Source of the DNA: Octopus vulgaris
Taxonomy: Eukaryota
Reading direction: 5' to 3'
NCBI GenBank assembly: GCA_951406725.2
Contig: OX597826.1
Coordinates: 68,882,001-68,946,000, forward strand
DNA: 64,000 nt
The position numbers were made by a program, and so were the translations under genes. Below the pieces are notes generated by a model, which was not told where the DNA came from, did no database searches, and saw nothing but the letters and a program-made list of their open reading frames with translations. This document shows positions 1 to 14,725 of this stretch, one piece after another; the first letter of the stretch is position 1; every line of letters starts with the position of its first letter.

Positions 1-15
1 TTCTTGTTTGGATTA

Positions 16-90
<75 letters not shown>

Positions 91-115
91 TACGGCTTAT
101 TCTCATAATATTCAA

Positions 116-300
116 GGCGGTGAGCTACCAGAATCTTTAGCACGCCGGGCGAAATGCTTAGCGGTATTTCGTCTGCCTTTACGTCCTGAGTTCAAATTTC
201 GCCGATGTCTACTTTTCCTTTCATCCTTTCGGGGTCGATAATCTAAATACCAGTGAAACCCACTAAATTTCAGGCCTTGTGCCCTTAGTAGAAAGGATTA
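116..300 (+). mobile_element. tRNA-headed SINE, family A
   Basis: GGCGGTGAGCTACCAGAA head, B-box-like GAGTTCAAATT, conserved body CTTTCATCCTTTCGGGGTCGATAA; more than 10 homologous copies in the window. Confidence 0.85.
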
Positions 301-387
301 TTCTCATTAAATTTCAATCCGATACGTGTTTCTACATGATAAGTGTCCAGTGATGTAACATTTATGCGCATTTAGTTGCTTCAGTTG

Positions 388-646
388 TGGAGGCGCATGG
401 GTTAGTGGTTAGGTTGTCAACATCATGATTGTAAAATTGTGATTTCGATTCCTGAAGCGGCAGACGCGTTGTGTTCTTGAGCAAAACACTTCACTTCACG
501 TTGCTCCAGTCCACTCAGCAGGCAAAACTAAGTAACGCTGCGATGGACTGGTGCCCCGTCCAGCTGGGGAACACATACCCCATAGAAACCGGGAAACCGG
601 ATCCATGAGCCTGGCTAGGCTTTAAAAAAGGGCACATTTATTATTT
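388..646 (+). mobile_element. tRNA-derived SINE, family C (CORE-like plus V-like central segments), with target-site duplication
   Basis: A-box-like TGGGTTAGTGG, B-box-like TTTCGATTCC, body GTGTTCTTGAGCAAAACACTT and CTGCGATGGACTGG, short TTA tail; 18-bp TSD ATTTAGTTG(C/A)TTCAGTTG at 370-387 and 647-664. Confidence 0.85.
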
Positions 647-865
647 ATTTAGTTGATTCAGTTGCAGAACATGTTCATATCCAAGGTATGCAGCTTTGGC
701 TTAAAATGGCCGAAGCGTCGAAGTCACTGTCAGCATCAATCTTGTTGGAGAATAATAAATATTTGCTCTGCACAGGTATAGATTAACCCATTATATTATT
801 GTAAAATTGCTTTTATTATAACTGAACATAAAAACAAACGTCTGTGTGTTTGTGTGCGTATATAT

Positions 866-956
<91 letters not shown>

Positions 957-977
957 CATGTGTGTGTGTATGTATGT

Positions 978-1017
<40 letters not shown>

Positions 1018-1867
1018 TTGTGTATTTATATTCCATTTATAGATTATTGCCTTCATAATACAACTGCAATAAATGTGGATTATTTTATATCTAGAATCCC
1101 TTAAGAATATGTTGTCGGACGAGTTAGCCATTTTGATGAATTGTCATGATTTCTCATATGATTCAGGTTTTTTTTTTTACTGGATTTCTATTCAATGCAT
1201 TGTGTTCTCGCTTAGCCATAGTTCATCTAACTGTCGAGAGGAGGAACTAGAGCGAGTCTGACTTAAAACAGATCAATAGCGCTGATCATCGATTAACAGT
1301 TACCTCCGATCATTGAGCGTGAAATAATTGGATCTATCTATCGCAAGAATGCGTGAGCTAAATAAATAAATAAATGACTGGTTATGCGCAGTTCATTTGG
1401 AGAGAGAGGGAGGGGGGAGAGAGAGAGAGAGCGAGAGACAGAGAGAAGGAGGGGGGTAGAGAATGAGTGACAGACAGAAAGATAGACAGAAAGAGAGGAA
1501 TAGTGAGAAAAAGAGGGACAGAGAGACCGATAGATGAACGAGAGAGAAAGAGAGTGCTAGAAGGAGTAACGTAAACGATCATGCATTCACATGTTAATAA
1601 CGGATCCTCTGGCACAATAACAGCATAAAATCTAAAATTAGATACGGGAACAAATCAATGCAAATGAACAGAACAATCGGACATATCATGGCGAGAGCAT
1701 CTACACTCGAAATATACAGGAGAAATCAAATGCATCCTGTTTGTATAATAGAAGAATTTGTGCTCGGCGGAAAAAACATACAAATGAAATTATAGTTATA
1801 CATTAATCATAACAGATATTAAAATAGCATTAATCAAATAATTGCGATATAATAATTATAGCAATAA

Positions 1868-1884
1868 AGACGATGATGATGATG

Positions 1885-1951
<67 letters not shown>

Positions 1952-2007
1952 TGATAATGATAATAATACTAATGATGATAATGATAATAATAATAATGAT
2001 AAAAATA

Positions 2008-2042
<35 letters not shown>

Positions 2043-2118
2043 AATACTAATGATGATAATGATAATAATGATAAAAATAATAATAATAATAATATTAATA
2101 ATAATAATAATAATGATG

Positions 2119-2172
<54 letters not shown>

Positions 2173-2210
2173 TTAATGATAATAATAATAATAATAATAA
2201 TGATAATAAT
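1868..2210. repeat. (AAT)n/(GAT)n microsatellite
   Basis: Seen directly; explains the poly-N/I/L ORFs. Confidence 0.97.
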
Positions 2211-2600
2211 ATCGACGCGACGACAACGTCATGCAAATAACAATATCGGCCTCTCCCCCTCCGTTAGAAGCGAGTGAAAAACTTAAGGCAGATGATATAG
2301 TTCGAATGGCAAATGTATATACAAAATATATAATAAACGAGATGGCAAATTAATGAATGGTATAGTTAAATTATACAAGTTAAATCATCAACGTTTTGCC
2401 ATTAACTTTGCACCTGCTACAGAGAACGAAAAACGTCAAATTACTTCGTGGCAAAACGAAATGAAGTTTAATACATTACATACATAAATACATACACACA
2501 CACACACGCACACACACACACACACATATATATATTTATATACATTTATATATATATATATATATACTTAGATACATACATACATACATACATATATATT

Positions 2601-2667
<67 letters not shown>

Positions 2668-3024
2668 TATATATACATATATACTTACAAACATACATAC
2701 ACACACACACCCTCCTTGGGTTTCTCTTATCCTTTCTCTAATACTTTTTCTCCCCTTCACCGTTTTCTATCTGTCTCTCTCTCTCCCTCTTCCTCCTTCA
2801 CTTTATCTCTCCCTCGTTGCTCACACGTGACTATCGCCCATCTTTCTTTTCTTTCAGTCTGTCGCACAGACCAGACACATTCTTATCTGTCTTTTCGTCT
2901 ATGTTTTCTCTTGTCTAAGAATAATTCTCCACCGTTTGCTACCTTAACTCGTCTGGCTTAACGGCCCTCCATGTTTCTTTTTGTTCGGTCTGTTGTATGT
3001 CTCCACTGTCCTGTTTTTGTTACC

Positions 3025-3254
3025 CTACGCAAATTCCAAATTTTATTTTATTTCGCGGGTGCAACTGTTTTTCGAAGCCTCATATTGTCGTTAATTGCAT
3101 GAAATGTGGAGTGGATGAACAGCCAACAACTGATGAAGAGTCGTTCTCTATGTTACTTGTTTTGTTTTCCATATGTTTCTCTCGCTTTTCGCATAACCAA
3201 GTTCGCCTTTGTATTTCATGTTGTTTACGTTTTGTGACGTCCTGTACCCATATA

Positions 3255-3255
<1 letters not shown>
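3025..3255 (+). mobile_element. Short TA-associated repeat, family H1 (GAAA...CTGATGA motif)
   Basis: Homologous to 31098-31278 (-) and 61040-61260 (-); all end in GACGTCCTGT(A/G)CCCA followed by a TA-rich tract. Confidence 0.75.
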
Positions 3256-3340
<85 letters not shown>

Positions 3341-3526
3341 TATAGATATAACTATAGATGTATATATTTAGATATATATATATATATATGTGTATGCATA
3401 TATGCATGTACAGATGCATATATTTTTCTTTTATATTATTATATGGTTGAACGCCGCGCTATATTTCCAACTTTACCTTAAATATATATATATATATTAT
3501 TATTGTTGTTGTTGTTGTTGTTATTA

Positions 3527-3562
<36 letters not shown>

Positions 3563-3590
3563 GTATTAGTAGTAGTATTATTATTATTAT

Positions 3591-3652
<62 letters not shown>

Positions 3653-3775
3653 TAATTATTATTAGAGAAAAAATATTAATGAGTGTCTTCGAAATTTCGG
3701 CTACTAAAATTGTTTTTGTTATAACTGAACGTAAAAAGAATCATTAATATATGTGTGTGTGGGTGTGTATGTATG

Positions 3776-3821
<46 letters not shown>

Positions 3822-3831
3822 AACATATATA

Positions 3832-3877
<46 letters not shown>

Positions 3878-3899
3878 TATATATACACATGTGTGTATT

Positions 3900-3938
<39 letters not shown>

Positions 3939-4029
3939 TAAGCGATCATTTCTCCATACATAGATATATACATACATACAAGCATGCATAGACGCACACA
4001 TACACACGTATATATATTTTTAACCTATT

Positions 4030-5640
4030 ACCCTATTATTTTTTTGAGCCATGCGGCTGCAGTTCTACTGGAGCACTACCGCGGTGATTTTCTGCTTTTG
4101 CACCTCTTGGTCCAGTGGGTGATTTAATCAGTAAAGTTGATTTCATATCACCACTCCTTGTCTGTGATTTTGGCCTTGATTTTTAGCTCATTTTGGTGTA
4201 TGAGGGTGTATTTCTCTGCTTCCCTTATCGCTACTTCATCCCGGCTCTTTGGTTCATCATGTATAGTATTATATCCAGTTACTGTTTGAAGACATCCACG
4301 TCCATATTTTGTAGGTTTTATCCTTGTTTTGGCAACGCATTGAATAGCTGTGGGCCTTTGGACTCTAAGCTTTTAAAGTACCCGATCCTAAATTTATACG
4401 GTGTGGTCGGTACCTGGGACCCAGTTCGGGCATTTGTATAACAATCGATCCCGAAATTACGCACTTGCGCTTCTAAAAATTTTCCATATTTTTATTATTT
4501 GTCTTTTCCTTGCTTCAGAGAGTAAAATCGTAGCTTTTATCAACCTCTCTCTGTAATTCACCTACTGTACTGTTGTAACCTTTTAGTGAAGTCACGCTGA
4601 ATCCGCTTCAAGATCCGCTGTTACTTTGGCGCCATGTGGTGACTAGAGTTAAGAGTAGTAGTTCAGGCAGCAAAGAACAAATGTCCTTCACAGGTTCATT
4701 CAGGTCGCGCTGTAATCTTGAGACATTGGCGGTGTTCTTTATTGTATCATCCACGTAGCTAGTGACAGTTGCTGTCTGAATGACTATGGGTATTTTTCTA
4801 AGAGTGCTACTATAAACACTAATGGCATCAAAACACTATAAACACTAATGGCATCAGAATTTGTGTTTCATCAAAGAGAGCACCATTGGTTGAAACGGCC
4901 TGGCTTTTATCTTTTAGGAAGTCATGCAGACACTCGGTTTGCCAGTTATTTCTAGGTTTTGCAGATTGCAATGGATCATATCGTGACACAATTTAACAAA
5001 GACCTTTCCGAAGTCAAAGTATATGACATTGACATATGTATGGTCAACAGCGGCTTCAAAACACTGACAGTGTTGTAAGAGCTGTGTGAGGGAATTTCTT
5101 CTTGAACGGAAGCCATCCAATCCATCGTTAGTATCGATGAGTCGTTTTCTTCTAGGAACATTATCAGTTTCTTTCTGTAATTCATTCCCTGGTTTTGCAG
5201 ATATGTGAAGTTAGAGATGTTGGCCCGGAGTTTTAAGATTTTACTCTGCTTCAACCATTGTGGATAAAGAATATAATGTTTTGTTTTAGCGTTTTAAAGA
5301 GTTTACCACATACAAGGGAACTCTGGAAATATATCTGAAGTGTTTTAGCTAAAGCCTACTTATTTGAACTTCAGAGGAATAACTGGGAAGCCATCGGATT
5401 CAGTAGCTGGACTTAAGCTCATTTCGTATGTGGTCGAACGTACATTTGCCTCATCGATGTCGATGTAACCGACGGTGGCTTTCTACATCGGCAGAGCTGT
5501 AATATTAAATAATTCATCGGTTTTTTTAACTACATGTGTTCAAGTGGGAAGTGAAGACACTTTTAAATTGTTCACAGAGCGCTTCACTTATCTGTGGGAG
5601 TCTGCGGTTAGTGAGCAATTCCCTTGTAACAACGATCACA
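4030..5640 (-). pseudogene. Decayed non-LTR retrotransposon (CR1/L2-like LINE) reverse transcriptase fragment
   Basis: Minus-strand motifs GFRSRRNSLTQLL, VNVIYFDFGKVF (cf. xDxIYLDFxKAFD) and SYVDDT near 4745-4762; multiple stops and frameshifts. Confidence 0.85.
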
Positions 5641-5675
5641 TTTTGTATGTTATTGTATATCTATCTATATATAAG

Positions 5676-5718
<43 letters not shown>

Positions 5719-5728
5719 GTGTGTACGT

Positions 5729-5807
<79 letters not shown>

Positions 5808-6199
5808 CATATATAGCATACGCACATATATTATAATATACTGTATTATATCATATAGGAAGTAAAGACATTATCGAAGTGTATTACATCTGAGCAGCCG
5901 GAAGCGAACAAATAGAATTTTCGTGCTATGCACATACATACGCCAGTACAAATAAGCATTACACGAGTTGTTGCAAAAAAAATAAAATAACAATTCCTCC
6001 TGCAGTTGCTTAAAACCTTTAAAGTGCATAAATGTGTAAGACACAAATTGAAATTAAAAAAAAAAAAAATAGAAGCGAACGCGCAATATATCACTTCGTT
6101 AAAAAATGAATGTTTTTACAAAGTGCTCGATATAACAGAGATATTTGACATGTGTGCATATATACGCATACATATATGTTAATTTATGTGTGTGTGCGC

Positions 6200-6316
<117 letters not shown>

Positions 6317-6550
6317 CATATATATATTATATATATTTATGTATATACACTCAAAATAAGCAACAAGAATGACATATATATGTATATATATATAAACATA
6401 TATATCTTTATATAAATAAATGTCTATGTGTGAGTGTTTGTGTACATTTAGTGTGTAAGTCTTTTTACATATTTACAACATATTCATAACCACAGAAGCA
6501 CATACACACGTACACACAAACAAACACACACACACACACACACATATATA

Positions 6551-6588
<38 letters not shown>

Positions 6589-7364
6589 CGTGTGTGTGTA
6601 TGTCAGTTTTTGTGTGCGCGTGCACATACATTCGTCAATATTTTTTTTCTGAGAAAGCAAATTTCAATTCGACACACCGTGAGCTGATAACTTAGACCCA
6701 AACAACAAATTTCTGAAAGCATTTCATTCATTCCATTTCGCTGACGATTGTGCACACACACACGAAACTGAAGATGCATTCGAAAAAAAAAAGGGAAATT
6801 TGTATATCAAAATTTTATGTATATATATGTTTGCGAGAGTATTATATGTATATATCGAATGTTTACGGATTTCTTCAGAAATAATACATACGATTTAACC
6901 TTGATAGCTTGTAGAGTCATCTGATCACTATATATTACGCTCTATGAGCCTTGCGCTGTGGAAGTTTGGGTATTCCACATTGCTATTAAATAATGAATAT
7001 ATATATATCATTTGAATCATTTTTCACTACTCAAACATATATAGATTAACAGCCATACTCATATATATTCATACTTACTTCCCCATATAAATACTAATAC
7101 ATTTATTTGGGCATATTATATATATGTGCGTATGTGTTTGAATGTGTGGTGTATGTGTGTATATATATATGTATATATGTATAGGTATATATATATGCAT
7201 ATGTAAATATATGTACATAAATATTTTACACATACATATATATATATATATTTATATATATGTATATATCTGTGTTAATTTACGTATGTATGTGCGTGTG
7301 TGCATGTGTGTGTGTGGTGTGTGTGTATATATATATATTATTTATATATGCATATGTAAATGTT

Positions 7365-7404
<40 letters not shown>

Positions 7405-7481
7405 TACATATATATAGATATATATATACATATATATACATATATATACATATACATATATATACATATATATACATATAT

Positions 7482-7530
<49 letters not shown>

Positions 7531-8067
7531 CATTTATGTATATGTCTGTGTGTATGTATGTGTGTGCATGTGTGTGGGTGTTTGTGTGCGTGACTCAGCG
7601 CTTGCGTGCATGTGTAGATGTTTACACATTTGCGAAAACCAACATGTTCCGCTCTCCATGTGCTTGTGTGTCTATATGCACTATATATATATATATAGCC
7701 ATATACGTGTGTGTGTGTATGTGTGTATGTGTATGTGTGTGCATGAGTTTGTGTGTATGTGTGTGTGTGTGTGGTGTTCTCAGGGCATGAATGTAACTGA
7801 TACAAAGTATTTTATTTCCAAAGAAGTTCAGGATTAACAGGGTTTATGGAATTTACTTGGAAAATATTTCATATAAATCAGGAAAAAAAAAATGGAAGAT
7901 TCGTTGCGTTTTTAGGAAGATTAATTGATTTTTCAGGCCACCCGCTGCTCTTTAGGCTGGAGATATGGAATAAATGCAAGAAGTAGCAGAGCATTCTTGA
8001 AATTTGCTGCCGACGTAATGTGGCGCCACCATATATGTACGTCTCATATTCTAGCGTTGAATATGAG

Positions 8068-8087
8068 AATATCTATCTATCTATCTG

Positions 8088-8147
<60 letters not shown>

Positions 8148-8184
8148 CCTATCTAGCTATCTATCTATCTATCTATCTATCTAA

Positions 8185-8266
<82 letters not shown>

Positions 8267-8477
8267 GTCTATCTATCTGTCTATCTGTTTATCTGTCTGC
8301 CTGCCTGTCTGTCTATCTATTCCTCTTTCTCTCTCTCTCACTCTCTCTCTCTCTATATATATATACATATATGTATATGTGTGTGTTAATATACATACAC
8401 ACATACACACACACACACGCATATATATATATAGAGAGAGACGGGGGTCAGACAGACAGACAGGCAGGCAGATAGAC

Positions 8478-8544
<67 letters not shown>

Positions 8545-8548
8545 CAGT
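8068..8548. repeat. Inverted compound microsatellite (foldback)
   Basis: (ATCT)n-CTGCCTGCCTGTCTGTCT-(CT)n-(AT)n-(GT)n mirrored by (AC)n-(AT)n-(AG)n-AGACAGACAGGCAGGCAG-(AGAT)n. Confidence 0.8.
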
Positions 8549-11167
8549 TAAATGTATATACATATTTATATGTATACATATATAGCTATATAAACATACG
8601 AATATGTGTGTATATACGTGTGCGTCACGAACTTTTCTCGCCCTCTCTGTCTTTCTTCGTCCTATGTCTTTCTGTGTGTCCCGCTGCTGACCACGGTATT
8701 TATAACAGCCGTGGCAGCTAGACGGACAGATATACTGCAGGAGAGAGCGTTTCTAAATAGATCAGCTCCTGTCCATTTGAACTTCGCCTGACATGGCTGA
8801 GGTCGTCGGTCAAAGGGAAATAATTAATTTTTTTTTTTTTTTTGACAGGACAAAAAACATTTCTTTCGCGCCTGTTGATGGTAGTGGTTCAGAAGAGCGA
8901 GAATCCTTAGATTCGGTTTCGAATCCAAGCTTGTACGAAAGAAGTATTAGTTTTTATACATAGATTTTACAAAAGAGTGCATTTTTCCTTATCGATTGCA
9001 CGTTTAATCGATGTTGTCGAAATGAGACTAAGTGTGTTTTCTACAAATTATTTAACCTTGATCTATGGACAAGTTTACAAAGCAAGAAAGAACCTTCGAC
9101 CAATACTTAAAAAATAAATGTAGCGTGACGGAAGGTACAAGATAAAATTCTTAGAATTGCAATCTTTAACTTATGAAATAAAGTTTGTATCAAGGTACCG
9201 ATGCATCAACTATTTGAACATACAACACTGTGTCCTTCATCATCACACATGACTACACCGACACCATCAAAAGATTACGTGTACAACCCACAATTTCACA
9301 CCAACCTTGATCATAAGCCATCATTTCATGATTACTATCAATCGATTTCGTCAGGGAGGCCTTGATCACAGCATATCTATAATGTTTCTCGAAGCTGTTA
9401 AACTCGAAGTCAAGATGAAGAACAACAAAAGGGAGATTAGCGATAAGACTACGTTTATTTCAGTTCTTTCAACTCGTAAGCTTTATAATTCTATTCAATT
9501 GCAACAATTGAGAGTTGTTAGAATAATTCTAAGAACGACAGCTTCAAAGCACCATAGGTCACGAAACCGAAACATCAGAATTTGTAGATGTTAGCTTAAA
9601 AATATCCGTGTCTTTCTACTTTCAAATCTTTGACTATTTAAAACACTGGTGGATTTGTATCCTCGTACACCAATATTCCAGTTGATGGAAGATATAACAC
9701 TATCATGTAAATGCATTTATGGGGACACATCAGACGTCTTTTATAGAATTACTTTCAAAATCTGTGAGAGCATTTCTTAAAAGTTAAGTATTCTTCATTC
9801 TCTGGATTTCGTCTAGTATAAACCAAGGATATGCTCATAGTAAAAAACATGGCACCTAGTTAAGTTACGGAGGAGATGGATAGAAAGCTGACTGTCACAC
9901 CGGTCCCCCGAATATAATAGATTAAAGAGAGTCTATATCCGAATAGACTTTTAAGCAAATTTTTCGAGATCATGTTCATCCTTTCTTATTGTTTCTCTAA
10001 GACTACATTATCGTCCCTGACGCTTTTTGTAAACATTAAAAGGGTGTCATTCGAGGGAGATTCAACTATTTTTTCTAATTGGTCGAATTACTGTATACAG
10101 AATACTGCGTTGGCACTTTTTCAATCATATATTTTATTATTTAATAGCATTTTTCTTATCAATCTTTCAGGTTCCACTTCTGTTAATTGTCATATAATGT
10201 CAGGTTGCTTCATAAGCGTTTAGCTCCTCCTCCTACACCATCTCTACTCAAGATCTATGATCAAAAGAGTTCAATCTATGAATATACAATATTTTCGATT
10301 TATCTACAATATCTATATTATATTATTTTTTTTTTATTTTTGTCTATCAAATCAGTTGTAATCTCAGGAAGATTCGGTTGTTACATCTAGCAAACAGAGC
10401 GACCACGTTGAGAATTCCTTGCTGTCTTGTTAGAAAATATTGTTACTTATTATTTCCACAACGTTATCACGAAGTTTACAACTTGCATGTTTACAGGAGA
10501 ATCTACTGATAACATTGATTGTATTCAGTTTATTAACGGTCTGGCAGTCTGTACTTTGTTATTGATATGGAAACTTTTAATTTTCGTGTTTTCGTAATAT
10601 ATCTATCTTCAGTGCTAGTTTTATGATCGAGAGTAATATATATTCTGTTCTGTTTAATGAGATTTTTGATAATATATTTATCTGTTTCATAGACAGTTTT
10701 CATATAATACGATTTATGCGTGGCTTGCTTCATTTTTTATGGCTGATGTGTCTGTTGTGTTGTCTATTATCTTAAATTAGTATCTGTTTAGTTTTTGTTG
10801 GCGTTGCCCCATAGTAACCTGGACTGATTAGACCTATAATCAAAGTAAATCTAGCCGTGACCACCTCGTCTTTGCTGCGGGCATTAACCAGTAACTTATT
10901 TGCTTTGGTTCATGGGGGATAGTAGAATAGGATTTAAATCAGTTTCGTCTGATATTTCTACTCCATTCAATAAAAAAAAAGAAAAAGAATTAAATTAATG
11001 CTTATTAGTGCTTGGGGAAACAGTATGGTCACGGCTGGACTGCACTGACCTAGAAGCTTTTTCTAGCTGTTTCAGTTTCGGGTTGGTCAATTGCTTGAAT
11101 TAGAACTTCCAACAGAAGGTATTTTTTTTTTTTATCAGAGGGGTTATTGTTGTTGTTGTTGTTGTTG

Positions 11168-11722
11168 TTAGCACATGGGGTAAAAAGCATAGCGGTATTT
11201 CGCCCGTCTACGCGTTCTGTGTTCAGATTTCACCGAGATCAACTTTGTTTTCCATGATTAAGGACCATTTACGCACTGGGGTCAATATAATGGACTTAAT
11301 CTGTTTGTCTGTCCTTGTTTGTCCTCTCTGTGTTTAGCCCCTTGTGGGTAGTAAAGAATAGGTATTTCGTCTGTTCCTATTTCCTGAGTTCAAATTCCGC
11401 CGAGGTCGACTTTGCATTTCATCCTTTCGAGGTTGACAAATCAATTACCAGTTGCGCATTGAGGTCGATGTAATCGACTTAATCCCTTTGTCTATCGTGT
11501 TTGTCCCCTCTCTGGTTAGCCCCTTGTGGGCAATAAAGAATTAAGAAACGTTAGCAAGCCGGGTTTTTCGTCTGTTGCTATGTTCTCAGTTCAAATTCCA
11601 CCGAGGTCGATTTTGCCTTAGTGGTTGATGAAATATATACCAGTTACGCACTTGGGTCGGTGTAATCGATTAGTTACCTCCCCTCAACTTTCGGGCCTTG
11701 TAACCCATAGTATAAAGGATTA
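11168..11722 (+). mobile_element. Tandem multimer of SINE family A (3 units)
   Basis: Three recurrences of TTCA(A/G)ATT(C/T)C(A/G)CCGAG..TC(G/A)A at about 11222, 11388 and 11589, separated by TTTGTCC..TCT.TG..TTAGCCCCTTGTGGG linkers. Confidence 0.85.
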
Positions 11723-12399
11723 TTATTACTATTGTGATTGTTGTTGTTGTTGTTGTTGTTGTGGTGGTGGTGGTGGTGATGGTAGTGGTATAACTCTAGG
11801 TAAATGGTGGTTGAGCAAACATTTCATCGAATATATTCCTTTCATGACCATCACGCCATTTCGTCGGGTTCCTTGGTCTAAAATATCTTATGTAACATTT
11901 TTTTCGTACATCACACAATAAGAATTCTTTTCAGACACATATGGTTATTATTTCTAGCCATCTAATAACCACGTACAGGTTCCCTCGTTGACATTGGTTC
12001 TGACTATGGATTTTGTGGTTGTTGGAGGTAGTGGTATTACGGTTTAGGAGTATAGATCTCATTGTGAGTGGTAGAAGTGATGGTGATGTTTGGGATGGTG
12101 ACGATAATGGTTGCGGTGTTAGCAGTAATGGTTGCTGTGGTGGCAATAGTTGTAGCGATGGATGTAATGCTGAAGGCAGGGTGGTGGCTATGGTTATGGT
12201 GGTCGTTATGATGGTTGAGATCTAGGAGTGGTTGTGGAGATGGTGGTTGTTACGGTGGTTGTAGTAATGATTCCCGCAGTGGTATTCAAAGCAGTGGATG
12301 TAGTAGCGGTGATAGACGTGGCAGTGGTGATATTTATCATGGCAACGGTGGTAGCCCTAGTTGTGGTGGAAATAATGGGGGGGTGGAGGTTTTCTGGGG

Positions 12400-12775
12400 G
12401 GTGATGTTGGTGGTGGTGATGGTGGTGGTGGTGGTGGTGGTGGTGGTGGTGGTGGTGGTGGTGGTGGTGGTGGTGGTGGTGGTGGTGGTGATGGTGGTTG
12501 TGGTGGTGGTGGTGGTGGTGGTGGTGGTGGTGGTGGTGGTGGTGGTGGTGGTGGTGGTGGTGGTGGTGGTGGTGGTGATGGTGGTGGTGGTGGTGGTGTT
12601 GGTGGTGGTGGTGGTGGTGATGGTGGTGGTGGTGGTGACGATCGTGGTGGCGGTAGTGATGATGATGGCGGTGGTGGTGGTGGTGGTGGTGGTGGTGGTG
12701 GTGGTGGTGGTGGTGGTGGTGGTGGTGGTGGTGGTGGTGGTGGTGGTGGTGGTGGTGGTGGTGGTGGTGATGGAG
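12400..12775. repeat. (GGT)n microsatellite
   Basis: Seen directly; source of the poly-V/T/P ORFs. Confidence 0.97.
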
Positions 12776-13094
12776 GTGTTGTAGATGGTGAAGATAATGG
12801 TGGTGGCAATGGTTGTTGTGTTCATAGTATCTACAACGGTGGTTGTGTTGGTAGTAGTTTTGGTAGTGCTATAGAATATACCACTCGAAACAACGTTAGT
12901 GTTATTGTATTATTTATAGAGGAAAATCCAAAGTTAGCTCTGAGAAGAATTTTGCAAATAAAACGTATAAAACACGTGACATTACGGCCCTTTACTCTGA
13001 CAATCGTTTCTCATATACAGAATATTTCAAATAACTGGGTTTGTCATATACACTGTTTATATAAGTCGGACTGTTGTCATCATCTTGATTGTTA

Positions 13095-13142
13095 TTTTCA
13101 CTACGTTTCAGCTGTTATACTCTCCAGCCATCTTCAGGAGTT
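13095..13142 (-). ncRNA. Degenerate minimal hammerhead ribozyme (PLE-type)
   Basis: Minus strand: CTC CTGAAGA T GGCTG gagagtataa CAGCT GAAAC GTA GTG; stem II pairs, stem I is poor. Confidence 0.55.
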
Positions 13143-13747
13143 TCGTATTGAACTTCGTTGTTGTATCGGATTTTAGACCCTAACCCGAATGAGAACAGTG
13201 CACAGGAGTACTTGGTTCTCATTCTGCTCCCTGCATTTTGTGACATATTTACTTCAGCTGAATTATGTTAATTACCTTGGTGCCTTGTCTAGAGTTTGAT
13301 ACAGGACATCAATGCGACCGCACTGCGTTGACCAATGTGTTTATCTACAACACTATGTCCGTAGAACTGTAATAGATTTCTTATATAACGCTTTGGCTTT
13401 TACAGCTTCAGTTGCTGTTGTTGATGCTGATGATTTCGTTGCTCACAATATTGATATAACCCTGGGTCTGTTTTTTGGTCGAACAAACCTATCATTGAAG
13501 GCAATGGAACTACGAGATTTCTGCATTATTCTTTCTAAGAACGATGTAGCCGTTATTAAATTATCCGATGCGTGCGGCTTTTAATGTTATAAAGGTGTGA
13601 TTTGAGGGGGATTTAAGTGTTATTTCATGCATATCGTGCGACTAAATTTATGTTCAGCCGATGGCATTCCCATTTGTCATATTTATAATAAAAAAATACA
13701 TACACATATACAAATATATAAATACATATATACATACATTCATACAT

Positions 13748-13918
<171 letters not shown>

Positions 13919-14684
13919 TACATTTATGTGTGCGTGTGCATGTATGTAGGTATGTATATCTGTATATGTGTGTATATGTATTTTTATCTCTCTCTCTATA
14001 TATATATATGCTTATGTAAATGCATGTATATATATGTATGTCTATGCATACATGCAGTTATATATGTATGTATATATGTATGTATATATATGAAAACACA
14101 CATGTACGCGTATACAGATCTATGTGCAAACGTATGCGAATATATGCAAACTCGCATACACCCACGACCATACGCGAGCACACACACGCATACACACGCA
14201 CACATACACACACACATTTATATAGATGTCTGCGCGCGGGTGCACGTATGTGTGTGTATGAGTGTATATGGATATGCATGTGTACACATATATACATTCG
14301 TAAATATATATATTAATGATGAGATAAAATAAAACGCAAATCTCAACCCAATAAAAGCTAAAACTAGTTAGAAATTAATATCAGACATAACGTCCATTAC
14401 CTGATTACCAAGAGAATCCTAACGTCAATAGCTACAAGTAATTACAGTTCTGTGATAAATTTGGTTAACAGATACCTTTGAAAAATATATTATCTATATA
14501 TCATTCTAGTTGTCAGTCGATGAATCTTTCAGGATGTGCATATATACCGATATGTGTGTCTATGAATATCTTTGTCTATATATGTGTATGCATGCATTTG
14601 TATTTTTCCTCTATGCAACTGTGAATATGCAGATGAATATATATGTATATATGAGCGCCTGTATTTGTGTGAGTGCGTGTGTGC

Positions 14685-14725
<41 letters not shown>

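Noticed and set aside
388-470. tRNA-like sequences (also the heads of SINE families A and B)
   Set aside because: They continue into SINE bodies and lack a complete cloverleaf, so they are not tRNA genes
4808-4856. 26-bp tandem duplication (and a 27-bp one at 50528-50581)
   Set aside because: Ordinary local slippage duplications inside dead elements
12215-12825. Poly-Pro/Thr/Val ORFs resembling extensin or mucin
   Set aside because: Pure (GGT)n tract open in several frames on both strands; no splice or domain context
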